Positions 47,101-54,400 of a DNA stretch of 64,000 bases are shown in pieces. The position numbers and the translations under genes are program-made. The notes below the pieces were generated by a model that saw only the letters and a program-made list of their open reading frames with translations, had not been told where the DNA came from and searched no databases. This stretch comes from Acidobacteriota bacterium (GTDB lineage: Bacteria; Acidobacteriota; UBA6911; RPQK01; JAJDTT01): the NCBI GenBank assembly GCA_965217775.1, contig CBDCJH010000002.1, positions 1-64,000 on the forward strand, read 5' to 3'. How positions within the stretch are numbered: position 1 is the stretch's first letter; each line of letters starts with the position of its first letter.

Positions 47101-48183
47101 CGGTTCGCTGAAGGTCACCGTCACCGCGATCGCGTCGCCGAATCCGTAGGTCTCCCGGCCCTCTGGAGGATTCGAGATGATCTCGATCTTGTGCACCGTA
47201 GGATCCGTGGCAACGCTCACCGGCATCGGCTCGGGCTCGAGTTCTCCACCCACGACTGCTGCGTGGAGCTCTTCCAGTGAGGTGTTGTGGGCACCACCGG
47301 CCGCCTCCAGGGTTAGGGCCACCAGTGTCGCTACCTGAGGAGGAGACGCCGAACTGACGCAGAAGGTCTCGAAATCCGGATTCGCCGTAGTCACGCACGT
47401 CGCCCCGGAAAGGGCGGAGGTCGGCCCTGCCGAATCCCCGGTGGTCGAGAGATCGTCCGCTATCGGCGGCAGTTGGTCCGGAGCGGTTTCGCCGCCCCAG
47501 ACCCTGGACTTGACTTGGTTGCCCTTCGCAGAGACGTAGACGCAACCATTGCGCGCCGCCGCTTTGACCGCTTGGGCCATGAGGCCGCCTTGATAAATCG
47601 TCTCCTGATAGTCGAAGAGGTCGTCGACGATGACGTCCGCCCCCGCTCGGCAGAGCGCCTCGAGGTTGGCTGCGAACCGCGCCGGCCCGCCCAGTCCGGT
47701 CGCGAAGTAGAGCTCGCCGCCCGGAGCCAGGTCGCGGAGGATTGCGAGGGTCGCCGTTCCCTCGTCCCCTTCTCCCGCCTGGCCCGGAAGCACCGTCACC
47801 CGATCCGGCAGATCGCCCGCTGCCTCACCGTTGATCAGCGTCGCCACACCGGTTGAGAGCACGCCGATCCCGACGCCCGTGCCGTCGACTCCGTGACTCC
47901 GGCGCACCGCTACGACTTGCCGGGCGGCCCACTTCCGGATTCCACCTCCAGCGGCGGCCGCCGGCTGCTCGGTTCGGATCGGCTCGATCAACAGGGAGAT
48001 CGCCACCAGCGCCCCGAGCATTCCACGCCACCCACGACCGCGGGCCCACGATCCGATTCCTGTCAGGCGGATCCTCTTCATCACCTTCCGGGGGTCGGGG
48101 ACAGGTGAGGATCGCGGCGTAGGGGCACCCCTTGTGGGTGCCCGCTGTCGCCCGTCATTGCCCGGCGCAGGGAGGGCAACCAC
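35101..48183 (-). CDS. Giant secreted protein 2: degenerate subtilase + Ig/SwmB pair + propeptide + subtilase (S8/S53-like) + cadherin-like + GLUG + 8 more Ig/SwmB pairs + Calx-beta + poly-Pro + FN3 + tandem C-terminal domains
   Basis: GVISDG, EGTAMLEIVHDLAPGA, SSAGN, FSSDGP, KPDLTA and FSGTSASAPH; true start uncertain (48183 or ATG 48081). Confidence 0.88.
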   Translation of the reverse strand: MVALPAPGNDGRQRAPTRGAPTPRSSPVPDPRKVMKRIRLTGIGSWARGRGWRGMLGALVAISLLIEPIRTEQPAAAAGGGIRKWAARQVVAVRRSHGVDGTGVGIGVLSTGVATLINGEAAGDLPDRVTVLPGQAGEGDEGTATLAILRDLAPGGELYFATGLGGPARFAANLEALCRAGADVIVDDLFDYQETIYQGGLMAQAVKAAARNGCVYVSAKGNQVKSRVWGGETAPDQLPPIADDLSTTGDSAGPTSALSGATCVTTANPDFETFCVSSASPPQVATLVALTLEAAGGAHNTSLEELHAAVVGGELEPEPMPVSVATDPTVHKIEIISNPPEGRETYGFGDAIAVTVTFSEPVTVAGTPQLGLRVGSLTRSASYSSGTGTQALMFSYNVADDDEDTDGLSVEADSLSVDKGIIEGGSENAAELTHAGLLDQAGQRVDGVKPSLLDNDAAAVSGSKLTLSYDEMLDGSSTLEAGVFRVAVAGERRDVTTVEMTGSIVSLTLASSVVEGEPVTVSYTAPTQGTANPVRDPAGNEAAEFTNQAVVNRTGEVTEQVGQVLTANAVRQIQAVLAAKARRTRAQRKVSSRLLDAGRSTPGNRVREKLVKVDIRADVTPEVLDRIRALRGEVVNSVPRYRAIRARLPLAAVVTLAELDAVRIVRTASEPIVRKSTKRVSSDLRTQLNDSPVFNKENTTEGDVAHRADVARQTHSVDGTGIGVGVISDGVLALGFVQEDGDLPDWVTVLPGQEGGRSRYFDLVSSGTEGTAMLEIVHDLAPGAELYFAAAGGSEAQMAENIEALCAAGADVIVDDVGFFAEPAFQDGMIAQGVSAAVDAGCFHFSSAGNFGNKNDLTAGVWEGDYAAGSMTTLGSNTVVAHDFGGGVVQNRITEDSIYPIILQWADPVGGSANDYDLFLITPGGNIIDSSTDTQDGTQDPFESIGAESSYFSNHLNDRLVIVKNSGADDRYLRLHYLGGEMEITTSGQTWGHNAAKEVVGVAAVDVQTARGPGRVFDGSEKVETFSSDGPRRIFFEADGTPITANNFSSTGGELLQKPDLTAADAVSTSTPGFSTFSGTSASAPHAAAIAALMLEAAGGPNEVTLEQLRTGMTTGTAVLDIEAAGVDRDSGAGIVMAPGAVDAVDVAEADRNGAPTVEGTLADRTLSPSDPAVTISLTTVFADPDTDTLTYTVLTDTEVLSATVSGSNLVVSPLKAARRVTVNVRATDPDGLSVTTTFTVTIGLGSSDYDVDNDGLIEVSSLDQLNAIRVDRDGDGLPQPAEYSPGWLYYYEAFDGAALGMGCPSTCSGYELTATLDFDTDGSGSVDENDEYWNDGDGWYPIGGPTFSPYEANFNGNGNRLVNLFIDRADEDSVGLFGLFGKDGGSVYTISNVGMTNVRISGKDSVGGLVGRGENMEVSGCFAAGEVSGEADVGGLVGKTNGRILASYADVRVLGDDNVGGLAGNTSGKIEASYAKGRVFGDEDVGGLAGSASGELIANYATGPVLGLRKVGALVGSGTDLQARFNYWDFQAFRSRPPSLRNPVRRVGVGNDDWNNNGFIERSETPTGGVIGQTRSALQTPMSYQGIYDQWNLDLDSDAIPDDPWHFGTSSQYPVLSVDFDGNGQATWQEFGYQVRTGPTLTATSTSQIVNLNWTASDVSAWTPPPDVAYTLTRAETWSYSDGTETPLLENTTALSHVDTTSFAGPRYLYRVAANIEGGGEVSGTALIYAGQLNQPPIVAGPLEDRTLQVGAEPETVDVSGGFRDPENDLLIYEASSSVTSIATVGVSGSEVTIAPLAVGRTTITVTAVQTAGSTAVATQYFTVTVWPRTTVSKLEITSDPGSDATYVIGDPIEVTVTFNHGVEVMGAPQLTLKVGDEDRAADYVSVTGSELLFRYRVLEGDIDTNGVSIEADNLALNGGSIKGGAGFEADLDHRALGNNSRHKVDGVKPALAATRGAVVDATTLTLTYDEVLDSSSTPPASAFIVFGGASSRTVSNVEVRGRAVDLTLAPPVEYWETGILVSYTPSTGMGAAPVKDRVGNAADGLSGEPVANETPDRVAPTVTSVEITSDPPDGRDVYGIGETIEVTVTFDETVMVSGTPRVTLKVGERDRSAYYENVTGAMVVFAYAVAVNDSDTDGVSIEADSLSSGTIRDTSRNSAVLSHAAVAADTAQKVDGIKPKLATTDGAVANGTTLTLAYSEPLDSSSVPANDAFSVTGGNETRTVTGVQVNGSGVELTLSPTAEHGETGLRVSYTVPTGTGANPIQDTAGNDVDRLSSQRVTNNTGDTTGPTVSTVAITSYAGSDRTYGVGDTIAVTVTFNETVVVTGTPQLTLNVGGRNRTANYRSVSGAAVRFEYKVVSGDSDEDGVSIESSRLSLGTGMIRDGARNDATLDHAAVAPDSRHTVDGVKPSLAATDGAVVNGTTLTLAYSEPLNSSSRPATSAFNVTGGNEARTVTRVQVSGSAILLTLSPPVQDGESGFELSYQPGGNPIRDMVGNAADALNNQSVANHTGDTMGPVVAAMRITSNAGSDMTYAAGETIEATVTFSETVVVTGTPRLTLNLGGRSRTANYLNVTGGAVRFRYKVVSGDSATYGVSIEANRLSGGTIRDGAQNNAVLDHVAVAAHAQHKVDGIKPVLATTEGAIANGTMLTLAYGEPLDSSSVPSPDDFTVTGGSETRTVTGVRVSGSAVFLTLSAAVTEGESSLRVNYQPGSNPIQDTAGNDADRLGNRSVTNKTGDTTGPTVSTVRITSSAGSDRTYGVDDTIEVTVTFSETVVVTGTPRLTLNLGGRSRTANFQGVMSKAMKFAYRVVAGDSDDDGVSIESSHLSGGGGTIRDGAQNNAVLDHAAVAANSRHMVDGVKPSLAATDGAVVNGTTLTLAYSEPLNSSSRPATSAFTLTGGNEARTATRVQVSGSGVFLTLSHPVQDGESGLLLSYQPGGNPIRDVVGNAADALSNQSVTNHTGDTTGPIVETMRITSNAGPDTTYAAGETIEVTVTFNETVLVTGTPRLTLNLGGRSRTANYRNVTGGAVRFEYKVVSGDSAAYGVSIEANRLSGGTIRDGAQNNAVLNHAPVAADSQHKVDGIKPALATSDGAVASGTTLTLAYGEPLDSSSVPSADDFTVTGGSETRTVTGVRVSGSAVFLTLSPAVTNGESGLRVNYQPGPSPIQDTAGNDADQLSNKSVTNKTGDTTGPTVSTVRITSSAGSDRTYGVDETIEVTVTFDETVVITGTPELTLNLGGRNRMAEYKSVSSRAVKFAYQVVTGDNDEDGVSIEANQLSRGGGTIRDGAGNDAMLDHDPVADNSSHKVDAVAPVLAMTDPAVVNGATLTLTYNETLNTSSRPATSDFTVAGGNETRTVTRVQVTGSTVRLTVSPSTEHGETGIRVSYESRSNPIQDAIGNDAEAFRDEFVDNQTPDTTAPSIEAIEISSDPGTDETYAIGDMISVTVRYDETVTLDTVRGTPTLDLLVGARRKRASASTGSARAAVVFVYTVEKGDEDNDGVSVPRGSIALNGGKILDLADNPAGRSYEAVETKPDHKVDTSEPDLESVAVHGLQVALNYDEPLDDSSTPASSDFAVTVAGNDRTVVQVRVSGNSVILALASTVTAGETVMVSYTPGFNPIQDEVGNAVDALTDQRADPPLVTIQAKQGSETVTEGETVEFTLTRGPPTEASLTVSLEVTETRSMIETSGGYDPPKEVRFQGGQDTATLEVLTDDDDVAESTSRVTARLQPGAEYRLGPTSTQSARVTVQDNEVSAPPPPPPPPPPPPPPPPPPPPPPPPPPPPPPPPPPAATVPTAALNLQAESGDREVTLSWEAPESDGRSALTGYEVRIDRAGEWISTGSTDLTHTVTGLTNGRTYVFEVRAVNSVGPSPPSSPVETTPMAEEVILEFAHFGNGVSGNDVLITSDLVLVNVAESEIRPAVYFFDGEGDLFEAESVVDVGDDLEIRDDGGLSPRTEVASLGELTISTHGRGEVVTGSVRVVSDGPIGGVVRFDIPGIGVAGVGASEPTADALFPARRQEGGIRTAAAIHNLGMEAVDVQCRLMKDGRVLEEGEIKLSANGQDAQFLEEVFTETDTTDFVGSVRCTVPAGESFTGVAVELDSDNRIFTTLPVVPVEPMGGEQEATTLTFAHFANGTSADGTLITSDLVLVNVAASTARPAIYFYDRAGDLLDPESMVDVGEDLVVRGDGSLTVRTAIARLGELTISTHGRGEVVTGSVQVVSTGPIGGVLRFDIPGVGVAGVGASQPLTDALFPARRQAGRIRTAAAIRNLEPQRTLVRCRLMSQGEELEQVDIRLDGNGQNARFIEEVFTRTDTTDFVGSVRCTAVGDGMFTGVAVELDTGNQIFTTLPVVPVQR
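36805..36906 (-). repeat. Poly-proline tract (34 Pro)
   Basis: Counted directly from the sequence. Confidence 0.95.
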
Positions 48184-48261
48184 GGTCGCCCCTACTGTGC
48201 GAGCGTCCGCTGCTCCATCCTCTATCCGTCCACGTGTCGATTTTAAGGAGCAACCCGGACG

Positions 48262-48328
48262 ATTTTGGGGCTATATAGTGAAGTTTAGATGATATTTTGG
48301 TCTATATAGTGTTATTTAAGTGAAATAT
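48262..48328. promoter_or_regulatory. AT-rich upstream region with a repeated CTATATAG palindrome
   Basis: attttggggCTATATAGtg (48262-48280) and attttggtCTATATAGtg (48294-48311) upstream of giant gene 2. Confidence 0.5.
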
Positions 48329-48404
48329 TCCACCCGAACCGCCCTCACCGGGGGCGACCGGGGGATTCAGGGAGGGGATCGTCGGTCCGACTACTCTCGG
48401 CGGG

Positions 48405-51400
48405 TCATCTTTGAATCGGCACTACCGGCAGCGTGGTGAAGATCCGGTTGCCCCTATCCAGCTCCACCGCGACTCCCGTGAACAGGCCTTCCCCGAGAGC
48501 CGTGCATCTCACCGATCCGACGAAGTTTCGCGTATCCGTCCTGGTGAAGACCTCTTCGATGAACCGGGCATGCTGTCCGTGGGCGTCGAGGCGGATGTCC
48601 GCCTCTTCCAGGGGCTCGCCCCCGCTCATCAACCGGCACCGCACCGTTGCGCGCTGCGCCGCCAGGTTGCGGATCGCCGCCGCGGTGCGGATTCCGGCTG
48701 CTTGACGCCGCGCCGGAAACAGGGCGTCCGTCGTGGGTTGACTCGCTCCCACGCCGGCGACGCCGATGCCGGGGATGTCGAAGCGCAGGACGCCGCCGAT
48801 GGGTCCGTTCGCCAGCACCCGCACCGATCCCGTCACCACCTCTCCCCGGCCGTGGGTCGAGATCGTCAACTCGCCCAGACGGGCCATGGCCGTTCGAACC
48901 GTCAAGCCTCCGTCCTCTCGGACCAGAAGGTCGTCTCCGACGTCCACCATTGATTCCGGCTCCAACAGTTCTCCGCGCTGATCGTAAAAGTAGATGGCGG
49001 GACGGGCGGTCGAGGCGGCCACGTTCACCAGCACCAGGTCCGACGTGATCAAGGTCCCGTCGCCGGAAGTTCCATTGGCGAAATGGGCGAAGGTCAGGGT
49101 CGTTTCCTGGTCTTCGGCAGCCTCCGGGCCGATCGGCACCACCGGCAGGGTGGTGAAGATCCGGTTGCCCGCATCCAGCTCCACCGCCACCCCCGTGAAC
49201 GACTCACCGGCCGGGACCGTACAACGCACCGACCCCACGAAGTCGGTGGTGTCGGTCGCGGTGAACAGCTCCTCGATGAACTGGGCGGCCTGGCCGTTGG
49301 CGCTCAACGGGATCTCCCCCTCTTCCAGCACACTGCCGTTCCTCATCAATCGACACTGCACCTTCACCGCTTCCGGGCCCAGGTTGTGGATGGCCGCCGC
49401 GGTGCGGATCCCGCCCTCCTGCCGCCGGGCCGGGAACAGGGCGTCCGCCGTGGGTTCGCTGGCGCCGACTCCGGCGACGCCGATTCCGGGGATGTCGAAG
49501 CGGACCAGTCCGCCCATGGGGCCGTCCGACACGACCCGGACCGATCCCGTCACCACCTCTCCCCGGCCGTGGGTCGAGATCGTCAGCTCGCCCAGCGACG
49601 CGACCTCCGTCCGGGGCGACAGCCCTCCGTCCTCCCGGATCTCCAGATCCTCCCCGGCATCCACCACGGATTCGGCTTCAAACAGATCTCCGTTCCCGTC
49701 GAAGAAATAGATGACCGGACGGATCTCTTCTTCGGAGACGTTCACTAGCACGAGGTCGGAGGTGATGAGGACGTCGTTGCCCGAGACCCCGTTTCCGAAG
49801 TGGGCGAACTCCAGGATCACCTCCTCCACCATGGGCGTGGCCTCGACCGCGTCGGAGGGAGGACTTGGCCCGACTGAGTTCACCGCCCGCACCTCGAAGA
49901 CGTAGGTCCGGCCGTTGGTCAGTCTGGTGACGGTGTAGGTCAGGTCCGTGGAACCGATGGAGGTCCAGTCCCCGGCCCGGTCGATCCGGACCTGGTAGCC
50001 GGTGAGGGCGGAGCGCCCGTCGCTCGCAGGCACATCCCAGGTCAGCGTCACTTCACCGTCCCCGGCTTCTGCCTGCAGGTTCAACGGTGCCGTGGGCACA
50101 GTCGCAGCCGGAGGCGGTGGCGGCGGCGGCGGTGGCGGAGGCGGTGGCGGCGGCGGCGGTGGTGGCGGCGGTGGAGGAGGAGGTGGTGGGGGCGGGGCCG
50201 AGACTTCGTTGTCCTGGACCGTCACCCGGGCGCTCCGGGTCGAGGTCGGTCCCAGCCGGTACTCGGCTCCCGGCTGCAGCCGGGCGGTGACCCGGCTGGT
50301 GGATTCGGCGACGTCGTCATCGTCGGTCAACACCTCCAACGTCGCCGTGTCCTGTCCGCCCTGGAACCGAACCTCCTTCGGCGGATCGTACCCGCCCGAG
50401 GTCTCGATCATCGATCTTGTCTCCGTGACCTCCAGGCTCACCGTCAGCGAGGCCTCCGTCGGGGGTCCCCGCGTCAGCGTGAACTCCACGGTCTCGCCTT
50501 CCGTCACCGTCTCGGATCCCTCCTTGGCCTGGATGGTCACCAGGGGCGGGTCCGCGCGTTGATCGGTCAACCCATCCACGGCGTTGCCCGCCTCATCCTG
50601 GATCGGGTCGAGACCGGGTGTATAGCTCACCCTTACCGTCTCGCCCGCCGTCACAGGAGCGGTCAGCCTCAAGATGACACTGTTTCCGCTCACCCGGACC
50701 TGGACCACCGTTCGATCATCCCCGGCCATCGTGACCTCGAAGTCAGAGCTCGACGGTGTCGAGCTCTCATCCAGCGCCTCGTCGTAGGTCAGCGCCACCC
50801 GCGAGCCATGCACGGTCACGCCCTCCAATCCCGGCACGCTCGCGTCCACCTTGTGGTCCGGCTTCGTCTCCACCGCTTCGTAACTCCGCGCCGCCGGGTT
50901 GCCCGACAGATCCAGGATCTTTCCTCCATTGAGCGCGATGCTCCCCCGCGGGACGCTCACGCCGTCCTCGTCCTCGTCTCCCTTCTCCACCGTGTAGACG
51001 AACATCACCGCCGGCCGGTCCGGCCCTACACTGGCGCTGGCCCGCTTTCTCCGGGTCCCCACCAGTAAATCCAACGTCGGCGTTCCGCGAATGGTGTCCA
51101 CCGTCACCGTCTCGTCGTACCGCACTGTCACCGAGATCATGTCGTCGACCGCGTAGGTCTCGTCCGTCCCCGGGTCCGAGCTGATCTCGATCCCTTCGAT
51201 CGACGGGGCCGTGGTGTCCGGCGTCCGGTTGTCTACGAACTGGTCCCTGAACGCTTCGGCATCGTTGCCGATCGCATCCTGGATCGGGTTCGATCGCGGC
51301 TCGTAGCTCATCCGGATCCCCGTCTCTCCGTGTTCCGCCGCCGGGTTCACCGTAAGACGAACCGTGCTTCCGCTCACCTGAACCCGGGTCACGGTGCGCG

Positions 51401-54400
51401 TCTCATTGCCTCCCTCCACGGTGAAGTCACTCGTCGCCGGCCGCGAAGAGGTGTTGAGCGGTTCGTTGTAGGCCAGCGTCAGTGTCGCGCCGTTGACCAC
51501 CACCGGATCGGTGAGTGCCAGCAACGGGGCGACCGCGTCCACCTTGTGGCTCGAACTGGGCGCCAGCGCGTCATGGTCCAGCACGGCGTCATTGCCGGCG
51601 CCGTCGCGGATCGTCCCGCCGCTTCGCGACAGCCGGTTCTCCTCGAGGCTCACTCCGTCCTCGTCGGTGTCACCAGTGACCACCCGGTAGGCGAACTTCA
51701 TCGCCCGGTTCGAGACGCTCCTGTATTCCGCCGTTCGATTGCGGCCGCCCACGTCCAGGGTCAGTTCGGGCGTTCCGGTGATCACCACGGTCTCGTCGAA
51801 CGTCACCGTCACCTCGATGGTCTCGTCCACACCGTAGGTCCGGTCCGACCCCGCATTTGAGGTGATCCGAACCCTTGACACGGCCGGTCCCGTCGTGTCT
51901 CCCGTCCGGTTCGTGACGCTCTTGTTGCTCAACCGGTCCGCGTCGTTGCCTGCGGTGTCCTGAATCGGATTCGATCCCGGCTCATAGTTCACCCGAAGGC
52001 GGCTCTCTCCATCCGCGACGGCCGAGCTCAGCGTCAGGAACGCCGCGCTTCCGCTGACCCGGACGCCGGTAACCGTCCGCGTCTCACTCCCGCCTGTCAC
52101 GGTGAAGTCGTCCGTCGCCGGCACCGGAGAGGAATCCAACGGCTCGCCGTACGCCAGCGTCAGCGTCCCCCCGTTTACGACAGCTCCGTCGCTGCTCGCC
52201 AGCGTCGGCTTGACCCCATCCACCTGGTGCCGGGAATCGGCCGCCACCGGCGCGTGGTTCCGCACGGCGTCGTTCCGGGCACCGTCCCGGATCGTGCCGC
52301 CCGACAGGCGATTCGCATCGATGCTCACCCCGTAGGCGGCACTGTCGCCGGAGACCACCTGGTATTCGAATCTCACGGCCGCTCCCGCGACGTCCCGGTA
52401 GTTGGCCGTCCGGCTGCGGCCGCCCACGTTCAGCGTCAACTGCGGCGTCCGCATCACCACCACCGTCTCGTTGAAGGTCACCGTCACTTCGATGGTCTCG
52501 CCGGCTGCGTAGGTCCGGTCCGACCCCGCATTCGAGGTGATCCTCACCGTCTCCACTGTCGGACCCGTCGAATCCCCCGTGTTGTTGGTGACCGGTCGGT
52601 TGTTCAGCTCGTCCGCGGCGTTGCCCACCCCGTCACGGATTGGATTCGATCCCGGCTGGTAGCTCAACCGGAGGCCGCTCTCTCCGCTCTGTACGACCGG
52701 ACTCAAGGTCAGGAATACCGCGTTCCCGCTCACCGACACCCTCGTCACCGTTCGCGTCTCATTGCCCCCCGTCACGGTGAAGGCGCTCGTCGCCGGCCGA
52801 GAGGACGAGTTCAACGGCTCGCTGTAGGCCAGCGTCAGCGTCGCCCCGTTCACCACCGCCCCGTCGCTGCTCGCCAGGCTGGGTTTGACTCCGTCCACCT
52901 GGTGCCGCGAATCGGGCGCCACCGCCGCATGGTCCAGCATCGCGGTATTGCCCGCGCCATCGCGGATCGTCCCTCCACTTCCAGACAGTCGGTTCGACTC
53001 GATGCTCACCCCGTCTTCGTCGCTGTCCCCCGAAACCACCCGGTAGGCGAACTTCGCCGCCTTGCTCGTAACGCCTCGGAAGTTCGCAGTTCGACTTCGA
53101 CCGCCCAGGTTCAGGGTCACCTGCGGTGTCCCCGTCACCACTACCGTCTCGTTGAACGTCACCGTCACCTCGATGTCATCGTCCACGGCATATGTCGAAT
53201 CCGATCCGGCACTCGAGGTGATCCGAACCGTCGACACCGTCGGTCCCGTCGTGTCCCCCGTCCGGTTGTTGACGCTCTTGTTGCTCAACCGGTCCGCATC
53301 GTTGCCCGCCGTGTCCTGAATCGGATCCGATCCCAGTTGGTAGTTCACCCGCAGGCCGCTCTCTCCATCCGCGACGGCCGAGCTCAGCGTCAGGAACACC
53401 GCGCTTCCGCTGACCCGGACCCCGGTGACCGTCCGAGTCTCACTTCCCCCCGTCACCGTGAAGTCGTCCGTCGCCGGCACCGAAGAGGGATCCAACGGCT
53501 CGCCGTAGGCCAGCGTCAGCGTCGTCCCATTGGCCACCGCCCCGTCGCTGCTCGCCAATGTGGGCTTGATCCCGTCCACCTGGTGCCGCGCATCGGCCGC
53601 CACCGCCGCGTGGCCCAAGGTGGCGTCATTCCGGGCGCCGTCGCGGATCGTCCCCGCTCCGCGCGACAGGCTGTCCGCATCGATGCTCACCCCGTACGGG
53701 GCCGTGTCGCCCGAGACCACCTGGTATTCGAACCTCACGGCCGCCCCTGTGACGTCCTGGTAGTTGGCTGTCCGGCTGCGTCCTCCCACGTTCAATGTCA
53801 ACCGCGGCGTCCCCGTCACCACCACCGTCGCACTGAAAGTCACCGTCACTTCGATGGTCTCGCCGGCCGCGTAGGTGGTATCCGACCCTGCATTCGAGGT
53901 GATCCTCACCGTCTCCACGGTCGGCCCCGTCGTGTCTCCCGTGACGTTGGTGACCGGCCGGTTGCTCAACCGGTCCCCGTCGTTCCCCGCCGTGTCCTGG
54001 ATCGGGTTCGCTCCCGTCCCCGTCGGCACCGTGTAGCTCACCCGGAGGCCCGTCTCCCCGTTCTCCACCGCTGGAGTCAGGGTCAGCTCCACCGAGTTCC
54101 CGCTCACCCGGACTCCGGTGACCGTCCTCGTCTCGCTCCCCCCCGTCACGGCGAAAGCATCGTTCCCCGGCACCGAGGATGTGTCCAACGGCTCACTGTA
54201 GGCCAGCGTCAGCATCGTTCCGTTGGCGACCGCCCCGTCGGGGCTCGCCAGTACGGGTTTGATGCCATCCACCTTCTGTCCGGTGTCGGCCGCCACCGCC
54301 GAATGGGCCCGGACGGCATGGTTCCGTGCGGTGTCCCGGATCGTCCCGCCGGACAGGCTGTTCGCCTCGATGCTCACTCCGTCCGTGTCGCTGTCGCTGG

